From Verrucomicrobiota bacterium (GTDB lineage Bacteria; Verrucomicrobiota; Verrucomicrobiia; Limisphaerales; AAA164-E04): a DNA stretch of 64,000 nucleotides. Shown here in pieces: positions 62,828 through 64,000 of the stretch (positions within the stretch are counted from its first letter, which is position 1; each line of letters starts with the position of its first letter). The notes beneath the pieces are model-generated. The model was given only the letters and a program-made list of their open reading frames with translations. It did not search any database and was not told the DNA's origin. The translations under genes were made by a program, and so were the position numbers. The stretch is taken from assembly GCA_047947115.1 (NCBI GenBank), contig CP170459.1:4672001-4736000 (forward strand), written 5' to 3'.

Positions 62828-63007
62828 GGGAGAAGGATGATGTTGAAGACCTCGAACAGGCAATCAAAATGAGGACATCACCCATAAAAACCGGTTTCCA
62901 ACATTTCTTGTTCTCTATTGAACTCAATGCAACAATGCTTGAGGCTTGGCTTGACCGTTCATTGAAAATCGGATTGGATAGCGGGGATCAGCCAATTAAG
63001 TAGGAAT

Positions 63008-64000
63008 ATGAACAAGTTTACTGTCATTTTACTCGGGTGCCTCACAGCAGGATGGACGATGACCGGACTCCGGGCCGACGAACAATCTGCCATCGCACAA
63101 GTCGAATCATACGGTGGCCAGGTTCTGGGCATCGCCAAGGACGTGGAAGGGGTCAGAGTATTGATCCCGCCCAAGACATTTGAAGGCCGGGTGCTCTCTG
63201 ACGCCGATCTTGCGGTGCTCAAGGAGATTCCACATATTGTGGAACTGGACCTCAAGAACGCGGGTATCAGCGACGAGGGAGCTTCCCATTTGAGTGCTTT
63301 GAGCAATCTGGAGCGTCTGCATCTGGAGAAAACCAAGATCACCGACACGGGCCTCGGCCACCTCAAAGGACTTTCCAAATTGGTTTATCTGAATATTTAC
63401 GGCACCGAAGTTTCCGATGCTGGCTTGGAATCCCTGAAAGGATTGACCAACCTCAAAAACCTGTATGTCTGGCAAACCAAGGTCACCGAAGACGCCGCCA
63501 AAGCACTGCAGGCAGCCATGGAAAGCAAGGGCAATGATGCACTGGAAATCAATCTTGGCTGGGAAAAAGAACTCCTGAGCAAAGCCCGTCTCGCCGCTCT
63601 GAAAGCCCAGCGTGAAGCTCTTGAATCGGGCGAAACGGAGGAAACAGTCGAAGTGGCCGTCGTAGATGATCCCGACTTCAAGACCCATATTCTGCCCATC
63701 TTTCAGGAAAGCTGCGTCAGTTGTCACGGCGAAGAGAAGCAAAAAGGCAAACTGCGCCTGGATACTTACGAATGGACCATGAAGGGAACTCCGGACGGTC
63801 CCGTTGTTGCCGCCGGCGACTTGATCGGAAGCGTATTGTTCCAGCTCATCACCCTTCCGGCTGACGACGACGACATCATGCCACCGAAAGACGGTCCGCT
63901 GAGCGAAAACAAAATCGCCCTCATCCGCAACTGGATCTCCAAAGGAGCCAAGGCAGAAGCCGAAGTCAAACCAGCAGAAACCAAAGTGGCAGCCGCTGGC
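63008..64000 (+). CDS. Secreted leucine-rich repeat + Planctomycete-type cytochrome c protein (runs off the window)
   Basis: My translation: signal peptide, LRRs (LSNLERLHLEKTKITDTGL), ILPIFQESCVSCHG..KGKLRLD...MPP...WI..GA; no stop before 64000. Confidence 0.85.
   Translation, partial: MNKFTVILLGCLTAGWTMTGLRADEQSAIAQVESYGGQVLGIAKDVEGVRVLIPPKTFEGRVLSDADLAVLKEIPHIVELDLKNAGISDEGASHLSALSNLERLHLEKTKITDTGLGHLKGLSKLVYLNIYGTEVSDAGLESLKGLTNLKNLYVWQTKVTEDAAKALQAAMESKGNDALEINLGWEKELLSKARLAALKAQREALESGETEETVEVAVVDDPDFKTHILPIFQESCVSCHGEEKQKGKLRLDTYEWTMKGTPDGPVVAAGDLIGSVLFQLITLPADDDDIMPPKDGPLSENKIALIRNWISKGAKAEAEVKPAETKVAAAG

Noticed and set aside
62959..63984. Minus-strand ORFs at the window end
   Set aside because: Antisense to the LRR-cytochrome c gene, which the track missed because it has no stop in the window

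Overview
Bacterial window whose gene content looks like PVC-superphylum, probably Verrucomicrobia (prepilin/H-X9-DG protein, sulfatase, LRR plus Planctomycete-type cytochrome c, GTAG REPs). Nearly all genes are on the minus strand. Layout: (1) 0.2-8.7 kb, polyferredoxin, FMN-binding protein and other accessory genes; (2) a REP cluster and tRNA-Gly(CCC), then a ~14.5 kb integrase-less defence island. The island holds an EcoAI-like type I RM locus (rhuM-hsdR-hsdM-hsdS) whose hsdM has two in-frame stops. It also holds a second, almost erased type I RM shell (hsdM/hsdS chimera, two hsdR 5' stubs) that still carries intact cargo: a PHP-ATPase (Ppl/TrlF-like) and an unusual MTase-like/TRD/HEPN-like fusion. 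A frameshifted GIY-YIG gene ends the island. (3) An rnfB-PFOR-rnfCDGEA-small Cys protein-FNR-apbE operon with a divergent degenerate GltD-like gene; (4) hydrolases, two-component genes and a DASS transporter; (5) argJBDF preceded by a 19-aa, 7-Arg leader ORF inside a terminator-like hairpin (candidate arginine attenuator); (6) DUF1573/rhodanese/MauE and further genes. Several genes are split by single-base losses in G/C homopolymers, which suggests long-read errors. All family assignments are by motif recognition; no database searches were run.
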